A stretch of DNA of 64,000 bases from positions 464,213 through 528,212 of the forward strand of contig OZ246398.1 in the NCBI GenBank assembly GCA_965230995.1, given 5' to 3'. The position numbers and the translations under genes were made by a program. Shown one piece after another: positions 45,772-54,628 of the stretch. Below the pieces are notes generated by a model. The model made no database searches, was not told where the DNA came from, and worked only from the letters and a program-made list of their open reading frames with translations. The stretch is from an uncultured Candidatus Saccharibacteria bacterium (GTDB lineage: Bacteria; Patescibacteriota; Minisyncoccia; Phycocordibacterales; G965230995). Each line of letters opens with the position of its first letter. The first letter of the stretch is position 1.

Positions 45772-46167
45772 ATGGAAACACAAAATTGGTATGCGATGTT
45801 AGTAAAACCAGATTGGGCACCGCCATCATGGCTTTTTGGTCCGGTTTGGTCTTTTTTGTACGCTGTGATCATTATTTCTTTTGGTGCAGTATTTTATGAG
45901 GTTATAAAGAAAAAGATTCCTGCTTTTATTGCTGTGCCGTTTATATTGAATCTAATATTTAATCTTATTTTCAGTCCAATTCAATTCGGCTTGCAGAACA
46001 ATGTGCTCGCAATGATTGATATCTTCCTCGTCTTGGGTACATTGATTTGGGCTATGGTTAAAATATGGCCACGTATGAAATGGGTTGCTCTTGTAAATAT
46101 TCCATATCTGATTTGGGTTTCTTTTGCTACGGTACTGCAAGTTACCATAACGGTAATGAACCTGTAA
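45772..46167 (+). CDS. tspO: TspO/MBR-family protein
   Basis: WY..L.KP.WAPP.WLFGPVW..LY; PYLIWVSFA. Confidence 0.9.
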   Translation: METQNWYAMLVKPDWAPPSWLFGPVWSFLYAVIIISFGAVFYEVIKKKIPAFIAVPFILNLIFNLIFSPIQFGLQNNVLAMIDIFLVLGTLIWAMVKIWPRMKWVALVNIPYLIWVSFATVLQVTITVMNL

Positions 46168-46261
46168 TTGTGGATAAAATCCTTTCTTTCTATCCTAACT
46201 GGGTGATATAATTTTAATAAGCACGAGTGGTCGAAGTGCCATTTATATTAATTTACTTACC

Positions 46262-46465
46262 ATGGTAAATAAACTAACAGTTCTTGATGTAGTCACATTG
46301 ATTCTCGTAATCGTTGGTGGACTAAACTGGGGACTTGTAGCAATCAATCCAGCATACGACCTTGTAGCAATGCTCCCAGGAGCAGTAGCAACAGTTGTCT
46401 ATGTTTTGGTTGCTCTTTCAGCTGTATATCTTGCACTTGTTGCATCAAAGCTTGCTCGAAAGTAA
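46262..46465 (+). CDS. DUF378 small membrane protein
   Basis: LVIVGGLNWGLV....DLVA...VYVLV.LSA. Confidence 0.88.
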   Translation: MVNKLTVLDVVTLILVIVGGLNWGLVAINPAYDLVAMLPGAVATVVYVLVALSAVYLALVASKLARK

Positions 46466-46470
46466 CAATT

Positions 46471-46511
46471 AAAACAAAAACACCGACCCTTTGGGTCGGT
46501 GTTTTTGTTTT
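46471..46511. terminator. Bidirectional terminator
   Basis: AAAACAAAAACACCGACCC-TTT-GGGTCGGTGTTTTTGTTTT. Confidence 0.85.
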
Positions 46512-46512
46512 T

Positions 46513-48087
46513 TTAATTTATCTTGAGAGGGCAAGCTAGTGTAGTACTTTTAATTGGAGCAATTATTTCACGAACCCTCGTGTCATCTTTTGAATCTATA
46601 CAAAATATACCTTCTTCTGGAATTTCTACTGATACTGCCCAGTCTGTTGCGTTTCCTGTTGCTGGTTTACCACAAACAATCTTTGCTTCAGGGAAATCAA
46701 TCGTTATTTTGCTTAATACTTTTTTTATGTCTGCGCTCTGTGTTTTTTTGTTTGCTCCGCATACTCCGTTATAGTTTTTATTATCAATACTTTCGTAATA
46801 TGCATAATTTCCAATATCAAGTAAATACGACTCTATTATCCTTTTTGGATTTGAAGAACTAAAGACACCCATTAATTCTTCAAAAGTCATCCATTCATCA
46901 GGTGGGTATATTTCTACGGGAACGTTATAGTTAGTAATATTTAATGTGACATCTAAATCAGCAGACATAATTGCAGGTGTGCTAGTAATATCTGTTGCTT
47001 TTAAGTTCAATCTGTAGAGAAGATTGTCTTTTGTACCTATAAAGGCATACAGTAATATTTTGTCTAGATCAGATGAAGCGTTATTTAATTCTGCTATTTC
47101 AGAATCAGACAAGTCGTTTCCGGTAACTTCCTTTTGAGCTTCTGTAATAAATTTTAGTAATTTTCCTTGGTCAATTGAAATTTTATATTTTCTTGTTTTT
47201 ACACCTGAGATTTCTTCTACACCATCTTTTTCCGCCTTTATAGGGTTATTTTTTTGGAATATTGGATATATCTTTTGATATGTCTCGTTATCAAATGAAT
47301 CAACTGGAACTGGGATTGGTGCACTTGTTGTTAGTGTTTCTAGACCTTGGCTAATTGGAATTGAAAACCAGTTTCCGATAATTGGCGAAAAATCAATAAA
47401 CATTGATAATATTGCAGGTACGCTTGTTACCTGTACATACAAATTTTCATCACCTGGCATTTTTACTGATGCCTGTACTGAATTATTTTCTGTATCTTCA
47501 CCCATTGTTGCTTTGACTGTAAGATCTGCCTTGTCTACTATTTTATCAGTAATAGAAACTTTTCCTGATATGCTCATATCTAAATTGTCGCTAGGACTGT
47601 CTTTAACTGTGATTTTTGTTTCTAGAGAATAGCTAAAAGATGAAGTTTTTTCCATTGCTTCCACGACGTCCTCAAAAATTGATAGAGCATTGCTTCCGCC
47701 CCATTTTGCATAAGCAAGAGTTCCTCCTACTGCAATTATTATAATAACAGCTACAATTGCTGTGATTTTTAGAACAGCGCTATGTCCGTTGTTTGGTGCC
47801 GTAGATACAGACGAATTAGACATCAATGGTTCTGGCTGTGTTGTTCCCATGTTTTGTTCCGGCTTTATTTCAGGTGTGGTTGTTTCTGTCACTTCAGGTA
47901 CTGTCTCTGTGACTTCTTTCTTTGTGTTTGCAAAAGACATACTTTGACCAGCCTCGATTTCTCGAAAGGCTTGGTCGATATCAGATTTTGTCCAATTATT
48001 TGGGAGGAGTTCTTCTATTATTATTTCTTTTGTTGCCCCTTGAGACAAACGTTTTGAAATGTACTGATTTAATTCAGGGTATGACAT
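46513..48087 (-). CDS. Membrane-anchored surface protein with pilin-like C-terminal domain
   Basis: Small N-terminal helical domain, T/P/E linker, TM, beta-rich region, C-terminal Y.GVC...WAVSV....FCIDS. Confidence 0.65.
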   Translation of the reverse strand: MSYPELNQYISKRLSQGATKEIIIEELLPNNWTKSDIDQAFREIEAGQSMSFANTKKEVTETVPEVTETTTPEIKPEQNMGTTQPEPLMSNSSVSTAPNNGHSAVLKITAIVAVIIIIAVGGTLAYAKWGGSNALSIFEDVVEAMEKTSSFSYSLETKITVKDSPSDNLDMSISGKVSITDKIVDKADLTVKATMGEDTENNSVQASVKMPGDENLYVQVTSVPAILSMFIDFSPIIGNWFSIPISQGLETLTTSAPIPVPVDSFDNETYQKIYPIFQKNNPIKAEKDGVEEISGVKTRKYKISIDQGKLLKFITEAQKEVTGNDLSDSEIAELNNASSDLDKILLYAFIGTKDNLLYRLNLKATDITSTPAIMSADLDVTLNITNYNVPVEIYPPDEWMTFEELMGVFSSSNPKRIIESYLLDIGNYAYYESIDNKNYNGVCGANKKTQSADIKKVLSKITIDFPEAKIVCGKPATGNATDWAVSVEIPEEGIFCIDSKDDTRVREIIAPIKSTTLACPLKIN

Positions 48088-48156
48088 AGTTTTTTATTAA
48101 TTATTCAATAGAATTATACAACACAAACGTTGTATATAGTAAAAAGTTATGCACAG

Positions 48157-48834
48157 TTAGAAAAAAGATTCAGTAAAAATATTTATTTCGGGAACATTTT
48201 GTGCCTTGAGACCTTTCCAAATATCTCTTACAAATTCTATCGAGCCGCAAATAAAAAATTCTGTGTTATTTTTATCATCTAATATCTCTGTAATTTCCTT
48301 TGGATTAATTCTTGTCAGTTTAGTACCACTTATTTTTTCTCTTGTTATATGAGGGTGAAAATTTTTTCCTAGTATCTTTTTAAATTCATCAAAATAAACC
48401 ATATCTTCTTTTGTTTTTGAGCTGTACCAAAGTCTTAAACCGCCTATTTCTTTTGAAGATTTTATCATTGAATGAAACGGAGTAATTCCAATGCCTCCGG
48501 CTATAAAAACCTTGTTTGTGTTATCTTCTTCTGAATAAAAAAAGCCGTAGGGTAGGGATATGTGTATTTTGTCGCCAATATTACGCTCGTTTAGATATGA
48601 AGAAAAAACGCCAATCTTTTTAACTGTAATTGAAATATATGGATCAAAAATAGAGCTAGATATACTGTATGATTTCGCTTCCGTGCCTATTTCTGGTGCA
48701 AAAATATTTATATATTGACCGGGGACAAAATTAGAAAAAATATTTCTATCAAAAAAAAGAGAAAATATATCTTTACTATGATATTTTTTATCTATTATTT
48801 TTGCATTAATTTTCTTTTCCTCCATTTTTTTCAA
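48157..48834 (-). CDS. FAD/NAD(P)-binding oxidoreductase (FNR-like)
   Basis: F.PGQYI, KSYSISS, G.FS.YL, PYGFF, IAGGIGITPF, FICGS. Confidence 0.88.
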   Translation of the reverse strand: MKKMEEKKINAKIIDKKYHSKDIFSLFFDRNIFSNFVPGQYINIFAPEIGTEAKSYSISSSIFDPYISITVKKIGVFSSYLNERNIGDKIHISLPYGFFYSEEDNTNKVFIAGGIGITPFHSMIKSSKEIGGLRLWYSSKTKEDMVYFDEFKKILGKNFHPHITREKISGTKLTRINPKEITEILDDKNNTEFFICGSIEFVRDIWKGLKAQNVPEINIFTESFF

Positions 48835-49261
48835 AATCGTTTATTGCCTCACGAAGTGCGTGATGTCCTAAAACAGAACAATGGTATTTTCTATCAGGAA
48901 GGCCACCCAGTCTTTCAATGATTGTCTCGGCTGTTATCCGTTTTGCTTTGGATAAATCCATTCCGCCATTTTCTGTTACCATAACCGATACCATCGATGT
49001 TGAAGCGATAGCAGATGCGCATCCAAAAGTTCTCCATTTACACTCTGTAACCTTGCCTTCTTTTACTTTTATCCACATTGCCATCATATCTCCGCAGGCA
49101 GGACTACCAACAATACCAACTCCATCAGCAACGTAATTTTTTTCGTCGAGCAATAAATTTCTCGGATTAAAGAAATGATCTTTTACTGTGTCGCTATATA
49201 CCCAAGATCCATTTTCTCCGGTGCATATTCCGTCTGTAATTTTTGTCTCTGTATTTTTCAT
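48806..49261 (-). CDS. iscU: Fe-S cluster scaffold IscU/NifU-N
   Basis: YS..V.DHF.NPRN, GSPACGD, TFGCASAIAS, KYHCS. Confidence 0.9.
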   Translation of the reverse strand: MKNTETKITDGICTGENGSWVYSDTVKDHFFNPRNLLLDEKNYVADGVGIVGSPACGDMMAMWIKVKEGKVTECKWRTFGCASAIASTSMVSVMVTENGGMDLSKAKRITAETIIERLGGLPDRKYHCSVLGHHALREAINDFEKNGGKEN

Positions 49262-49944
49262 CTAATGTTACATTCTTTTACATATTCAAGCATTGTTTTT
49301 CTTATTTCCTCGAATTCTTCGTCACTATATGTTGTTTTCTTGATGAATTGTGGGTTGAGAATTCTTGTTGCTACAAATTTTTGTAGAAAATATTTTTTTG
49401 CACCTTTTATTGCTTTGCCGATTAACGGAAAGTCTTCTTTTGGCAAAAGCGCTTTAACTACTGTGGTTCTGAATTCGTAATCAAGCCCAGAATTTTTGAT
49501 TATTTCTATACTTTCTTTTATCTTCTTTAAATCTACAGCACGACCGACAGTCGCACCATATTTTTCTAGTGGTGATTTTATATCCATAGCAATATAGTCA
49601 ACCAATTTTTCCTTTATTGCTTTCTTTAATACCTGAGGGTTTGTGCCATTGCTGTCTAATTTTACAAGAAAACCCATGCCTTTTATTTTTTTGATAAAAG
49701 GCAATAGGTCGTCCTGCATTGTAGGTTCGCCACCTGTAATTGTGACAGCATCAAGAGAACCTTTTCTTTTTTCTAGAAATTCAAAGAATTTTTCTTCGTC
49801 GAGTTCATTTTCTATTGTCTCGTCGACTAAATCTGGGTTGTGACAGAAAGGACATCTAAAGTTACATCCAATCGTAAAGATGATAGCCGATATTTTTCCG
49901 GGATAATCAATAAGCGAAAACTTTTGTAGTCCGCCGATTCTCAT
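49258..49944 (-). CDS. nrdG: Anaerobic ribonucleotide reductase activating radical SAM enzyme
   Basis: SLIDYPG, GCNFRCPFCHN, GGEPT; directly downstream of nrdD. Confidence 0.92.
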   Translation of the reverse strand: MRIGGLQKFSLIDYPGKISAIIFTIGCNFRCPFCHNPDLVDETIENELDEEKFFEFLEKRKGSLDAVTITGGEPTMQDDLLPFIKKIKGMGFLVKLDSNGTNPQVLKKAIKEKLVDYIAMDIKSPLEKYGATVGRAVDLKKIKESIEIIKNSGLDYEFRTTVVKALLPKEDFPLIGKAIKGAKKYFLQKFVATRILNPQFIKKTTYSDEEFEEIRKTMLEYVKECNIR

Positions 49945-49962
49945 AATGATTTTTGTTAAGGG

Positions 49963-52152
49963 CTATTTCTTCTTCTCTTTTTTAGTTTCGACTGCAATGT
50001 TGGCACACATTTTTCCATCGATTGCTTTCGCGTCTATATGTGATCTGATAGCGTATTCTGCTTGTTTTCCGTTGTTCCAGTTTTCAACTGGTCGTAGGTA
50101 ACCAACTATTCGTGTATAGACTTCACAGTGGTTACTGCAAGTAGGGCAAGTTTTTGCTTCTCCGTGAATGTATCCATGGTTTGAACAGACGCTGAATGTT
50201 GGTGAAAGGGTAAAGTATGGAAGGCGATAATTTTCACAAACTTTTTTGACTAATTGTTTTACTGATTCTGGATTGTCTATTCTTTCGCCAAGGAAGAAGT
50301 GAATAACAGTACCGCCTGTGTATTTTGTTTGGAGGTTATCCTGAAGGTCTAGAATCTCAAACATATCATTTGTGTGATTAACAGGAAGATGTGTCGAGTT
50401 TGTATAGAAAGGATCTTTTGCTTCTTTACCAATTCCGTTTGCAAAGATCATATCTTTGTATTTTTTCTGATCCAAAAGAGCCAATCTGTATGATGTGCTT
50501 TCTGCCGGTGTTGCTTCTAGGTTGTAATTGTTTCCAGTTTCTTCTTGGTAATCTGCGATTCGCTCTCGCATAAGATCCATAACCTTTTCTGCCAATTTCA
50601 TTCCTTTCTTTGATCCTATATTGTCTCCGGTTATGAGTCTGACTGCTTCGTTCATTCCAACCAATCCTATTGTTGAAAAATGGTTTTTCCAGTATGAGCC
50701 GTTGATTTTTCGTATTTCTGAAAGGTAATATTTTGTATATGGGTAAAGATTATTTTCAGTTAATTTCTCAAGAATCTTTCGTTTAATCTCGAGACTTTCT
50801 TTTGCGGTATCCATTAAGGCAAAAAGTTTTTCGATGAATTTCTTTTCGTCTTTTGTGTCGTATGCAAGTCTAGGCATATTAATAGTTACAACACCAACAG
50901 AACCAGTGAGTGGATTTGCGCCAAATAGACCTCCTCCTCGTTTGTTCAATTCTCGGTTGTCGATTCGCAATCTGCAACACATTGATCTTGCGTCTTCTGG
51001 GGACATATCAGAATTGATGAAATTAGAGAAATATGGAATTCCGTATTTTGAAGCGACATCCCACAATCTCGCAACTCTTGGGTTGTTCCAATCAAAATCT
51101 TTTGTGATGTTGTATGTTGGGATAGGGAAAGTAAAGACTCGTCCAGAAGCGTCACCTTCTTGCATGACTTCTAGAAATGCTGTATTTAGCATATCCATTT
51201 CTCTTTGGAATTCACTGTAAGTTTCTTTTTGGACTTGGCCGCCACGTAGAACACCCATCTCTTTGTAATATGAAGGAACAGTTAGGTCGAGAGTGATGTT
51301 TGTAAATGGTGTCTGGAATCCGACACGAGTTGGTACGTTTACATTGAAAACAAATTCTTGCAATGCTTGTTTTACTTCTGCAAAAGACAGGTGATCGTAC
51401 CAGATAAATGGTGCGAGCAATGTATCAAAGTTTGAAAGTGCTTGCGCTCCCGCAGCTTCGCCTTGGAGGGTATAGAAGAAGTTCACTATTTGTCCCAAGG
51501 CAGTCCTAAAATGTTTTGGGGGTCTGCTAGATAATTTTCCTGGTACTCCGCCAAATCCTCTTTTCAAAATGTCTTGCAAATCCCATCCCACGCAATATAC
51601 AGAGATGAGGTTTAGATCATGAATATGAAAGTCACCACTTAAATGTGCATCTCTTACGTGTTCAGGATAAATTTTGTTTAGCCAATATGTTTTGCTAATT
51701 TCAGAAGAAAGATAGTTGTTTAGTCCCTGTAGAGAAAAACCCATATTGCTGTTTTCCCTTACTTTCCAGTCTGCCAAATCAAGATATGAGTCAACGAGAC
51801 TAATAGATTCTGTATTTACTATATTTCTAATCTGGGCGTGTTGTTCTCGATACAAAATGTAGGCTTTTGCTGTTGTGTGATATTTTGATGTGAGCAAAAC
51901 CTCTTCTACTATGTCCTGTACGTCTTCAACATTAGGAATTGCGTCCTTTGATTTTAGATTTGAAAAAAGTTTTTTGACTACTTGTTTGGTCAAATCTTCT
52001 GCGAGACCGTGTTTGTATTCACCAGTTGCCCTTAGCGCCTTTTCGATAGCTCGGGTTATCTTTTTTTCTTCAAATTGAACTACTTTTCCATCTCTCTTGG
52101 TAATATTTTGGGGAGAACCCACCGCTAACGCTTTATTTTTTGGCGCTTTCAT
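49963..52152 (-). CDS. nrdD: Class III ribonucleoside-triphosphate reductase with ATP-cone
   Basis: ITKRDGK cone, GDFHIHDL, RSMCCRL, LEATPAES, glycyl-radical YTRIVGYLRP. Confidence 0.95.
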   Translation of the reverse strand: MKAPKNKALAVGSPQNITKRDGKVVQFEEKKITRAIEKALRATGEYKHGLAEDLTKQVVKKLFSNLKSKDAIPNVEDVQDIVEEVLLTSKYHTTAKAYILYREQHAQIRNIVNTESISLVDSYLDLADWKVRENSNMGFSLQGLNNYLSSEISKTYWLNKIYPEHVRDAHLSGDFHIHDLNLISVYCVGWDLQDILKRGFGGVPGKLSSRPPKHFRTALGQIVNFFYTLQGEAAGAQALSNFDTLLAPFIWYDHLSFAEVKQALQEFVFNVNVPTRVGFQTPFTNITLDLTVPSYYKEMGVLRGGQVQKETYSEFQREMDMLNTAFLEVMQEGDASGRVFTFPIPTYNITKDFDWNNPRVARLWDVASKYGIPYFSNFINSDMSPEDARSMCCRLRIDNRELNKRGGGLFGANPLTGSVGVVTINMPRLAYDTKDEKKFIEKLFALMDTAKESLEIKRKILEKLTENNLYPYTKYYLSEIRKINGSYWKNHFSTIGLVGMNEAVRLITGDNIGSKKGMKLAEKVMDLMRERIADYQEETGNNYNLEATPAESTSYRLALLDQKKYKDMIFANGIGKEAKDPFYTNSTHLPVNHTNDMFEILDLQDNLQTKYTGGTVIHFFLGERIDNPESVKQLVKKVCENYRLPYFTLSPTFSVCSNHGYIHGEAKTCPTCSNHCEVYTRIVGYLRPVENWNNGKQAEYAIRSHIDAKAIDGKMCANIAVETKKEKKK

Positions 52153-52252
52153 ATGCTATACTTTATTAACCGATATTCGACGCAAAGTGTGCGTGACGAA
52201 TATCATATTTATAATCGTCTATACGTTTAATTATACATCGACGAACATCTAT

Positions 52253-52561
52253 ATGACAAAAATAGACACAAAAAAGTTGGGGATAAACGAAGAAGAGCTC
52301 TGCCCGGAGTGTTTTAAAGTTGTCGGTTCATCCAGTCGTTACAAGCTGGTTTGTTTTTTGGGGCAAAAAAATGAGGGGGCTACTGTAACAGAGATTACAG
52401 ACAAACTCAAGTTGAAACAACCCACAGTCAGTCATCATTTGAATGTATTAAAATCAATAAATGCAGTATTATGTGAAGAAAGGGGCAAAGAAAGAGTTTA
52501 CAAGTTAAATGAAAACGCACACTGTTTTGAGGAATGTAAAATTCCATATGGTATAAATTAA
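52253..52561 (+). CDS. ArsR/SmtB-family regulator
   Basis: FKV.G..SR..L....TV.EI...L.L.QPTVSHHL.VL...G.ER.Y. Confidence 0.88.
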   Translation: MTKIDTKKLGINEEELCPECFKVVGSSSRYKLVCFLGQKNEGATVTEITDKLKLKQPTVSHHLNVLKSINAVLCEERGKERVYKLNENAHCFEECKIPYGIN

Positions 52562-52564
52562 TAT

Positions 52565-53656
52565 ATGAGATCATATATTGAACGAACAAAAAGTTTTTTA
52601 AATAAACACGAACGTCGAATATCCGTTTTTGCTCTCCTAGCCGGATTCGTTTTTGACTCTCTGACTCTGACTCAGATAGATAGGCTATATGACAATATGG
52701 TTATTATCGCGTATATCGTGATAGCTTCCATTGGTATATTTATAGTCAATCTATATAGTAACGGTAGAATAGTCGGTAGACTTTTTTCTCTGATTGATTC
52801 GATGTTTCCTATTTTGATTCAATTTGCATTTGGTGGACTTTTTAGCGCGTTTACTGTTTTTTACTCGAGGAGTGCTACTCTTTCTGGTAGCTGGCCATTT
52901 TTGCTTGTGCTTGTCGGTCTGCTCATCGGTAATGAATTTTTAAAGAAGCATTATAGATTGTTTACTCTTCAAATCGGGCTACTATTTTTTGTTGTCTATT
53001 CGTATTTGATTTTTGTGGTGCCAATTTTGTTACAAAAAATGGGGACGATCGTTTTCCTTACGAGCGGGGTTCTTGCTTATATAATTTTGAGATATTATTT
53101 GAAACTTTTTTCAAAATTTGTACCCGAATTATATTCAAAAGCAAAGTTCTGGATTAATTTATCAGTCGTTTCTATATTAGTTGTAGTTAATACTTTATAT
53201 TTCTTGAATTATATTCCGCCAATTCCACTATCGCTAAAGCATATTGGTGTTTATCACAGTATTGTGCGGGGTAGCTCTGGTGATTTTGTTGTTAGATACG
53301 AAGAAAAACCTTGGTACAAAAAATTCTTTTTTACTGATGTTTACAAAAAAGAAGGAGACGGACGTGTTTATGTGCTTAGCAATATTTATGCACCTGTTGA
53401 TTTAACCGCAGATATTATTCACGAATGGCAAAAATATGACGATGTAACTGGTGAATGGAAAAAAGTTTTTGAAATATCATTTCCAGTAAGGGGCGGTAGG
53501 TCTCAGGGTTATAGGGGATATAGCTACAAAGAAAATCCAGATATCGGATTATGGAGAGTAAATGTAAAAACAGCCAAAGGTCAGATTGTTGGTAGACAAA
53601 AATTCCGAGTCGAGCAATCAACAGGCAATATAAACATTGTTCAAAAGGTGATGTAA
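52565..53656 (+). CDS. DUF2914-domain membrane protein
   Basis: Multiple TMs, IPPIPLSLK, AP..L...I.HEW, GGR..GYRGYS.K...G.WRV.V. Confidence 0.82.
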   Translation: MRSYIERTKSFLNKHERRISVFALLAGFVFDSLTLTQIDRLYDNMVIIAYIVIASIGIFIVNLYSNGRIVGRLFSLIDSMFPILIQFAFGGLFSAFTVFYSRSATLSGSWPFLLVLVGLLIGNEFLKKHYRLFTLQIGLLFFVVYSYLIFVVPILLQKMGTIVFLTSGVLAYIILRYYLKLFSKFVPELYSKAKFWINLSVVSILVVVNTLYFLNYIPPIPLSLKHIGVYHSIVRGSSGDFVVRYEEKPWYKKFFFTDVYKKEGDGRVYVLSNIYAPVDLTADIIHEWQKYDDVTGEWKKVFEISFPVRGGRSQGYRGYSYKENPDIGLWRVNVKTAKGQIVGRQKFRVEQSTGNINIVQKVM

Positions 53657-53945
53657 ATATCGTCCAAAAAACAATATAGATTTTGATTTTAAATTAATTT
53701 AAATAACCTTACGTTAATCTAAATTAGTAAAAGTTCGTTTTAAAAATTATTTTACAAAAAAAGTCATTTTTGATTGGAATTTTTAGATACTCAAAAAATA
53801 TCATTTCCGATATATCCTCTTAACCACAAGGATATATCGAAAAACCCTTATTTAAAGCCATTTGTGTACTTGACAAAAAAGATATATCGGTTATGGTTTT
53901 GCCAGAACCAGATGTTTGAGAACCACCATAAACCGGGAGATTCCC

Positions 53946-54461
53946 ATGAGTGCCCAAGACTGGAAACAGGCCGTGAACGAAGAGCGCGAAAGAAAAGAGC
54001 AGGAGAGAAAGGATCTTGCGGAAGCAGAAGCAAGGATGAAAGTTCGCGTGGCTGAGGTGTGGACTGTCCTGCATGAGTTCGAAAAAAGTGACGCTGCGAA
54101 GGATGCTTCTGAGTTTCTCCGTATGCTCTACAAGGAGGGCTACGTCATCGGAGGGTATGTGAGTTATTCCATCAGTAGGGTTAGAAGCCACAAGAGTGTA
54201 CCGTTGCAGCTCGGACGATACGCTAAGGTGCAATTTGATTTTGTGGATTCTGTGTGGCTTTTTTTATCTTATCCTCCTGATCCTTTTTTTAGTTTTGCCT
54301 TCACGTATCGTGATGATAACGATGACGGCAGAGCTCTCGAGAAACTCCTGAGTGAGGATCCGGAACTTGATGGCAAAAAGATTCTGAAACTCTTCACTGA
54401 CTTTCTTGACGAGGAGGTCAAGAAGTGGAAACTGAGGCAGGCGGAGAAGTCAGGGAAGTAG
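53946..54461 (+). CDS. Relatively GC-rich orphan protein (171 aa, MSAQDWKQ...)
   Basis: TTGACA..TATGGT promoter, GGGAG SD, terminator 54481-54520. Confidence 0.7.
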   Translation: MSAQDWKQAVNEERERKEQERKDLAEAEARMKVRVAEVWTVLHEFEKSDAAKDASEFLRMLYKEGYVIGGYVSYSISRVRSHKSVPLQLGRYAKVQFDFVDSVWLFLSYPPDPFFSFAFTYRDDNDDGRALEKLLSEDPELDGKKILKLFTDFLDEEVKKWKLRQAEKSGK

Positions 54462-54628
54462 CGGACGACTCGACGCCCGTAAAACCACCCGAGGGACATT
54501 GGTCCAGGGTGGTTTTTCTTTTGTATTATGTTCCTAAAGGCAAAAGCGAAGCTTTTGCCTTTCTAGATGTTAAAGAAATATTAACTCGATACCTTTTAAT
54601 TAATTAGTCTTTGTAGTAAAATACTGGA

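Noticed and set aside
46169-46177. DnaA box (TGTGGATAA) as an origin signal
   Set aside because: Single isolated box with no cluster, dnaA or unwinding element nearby.
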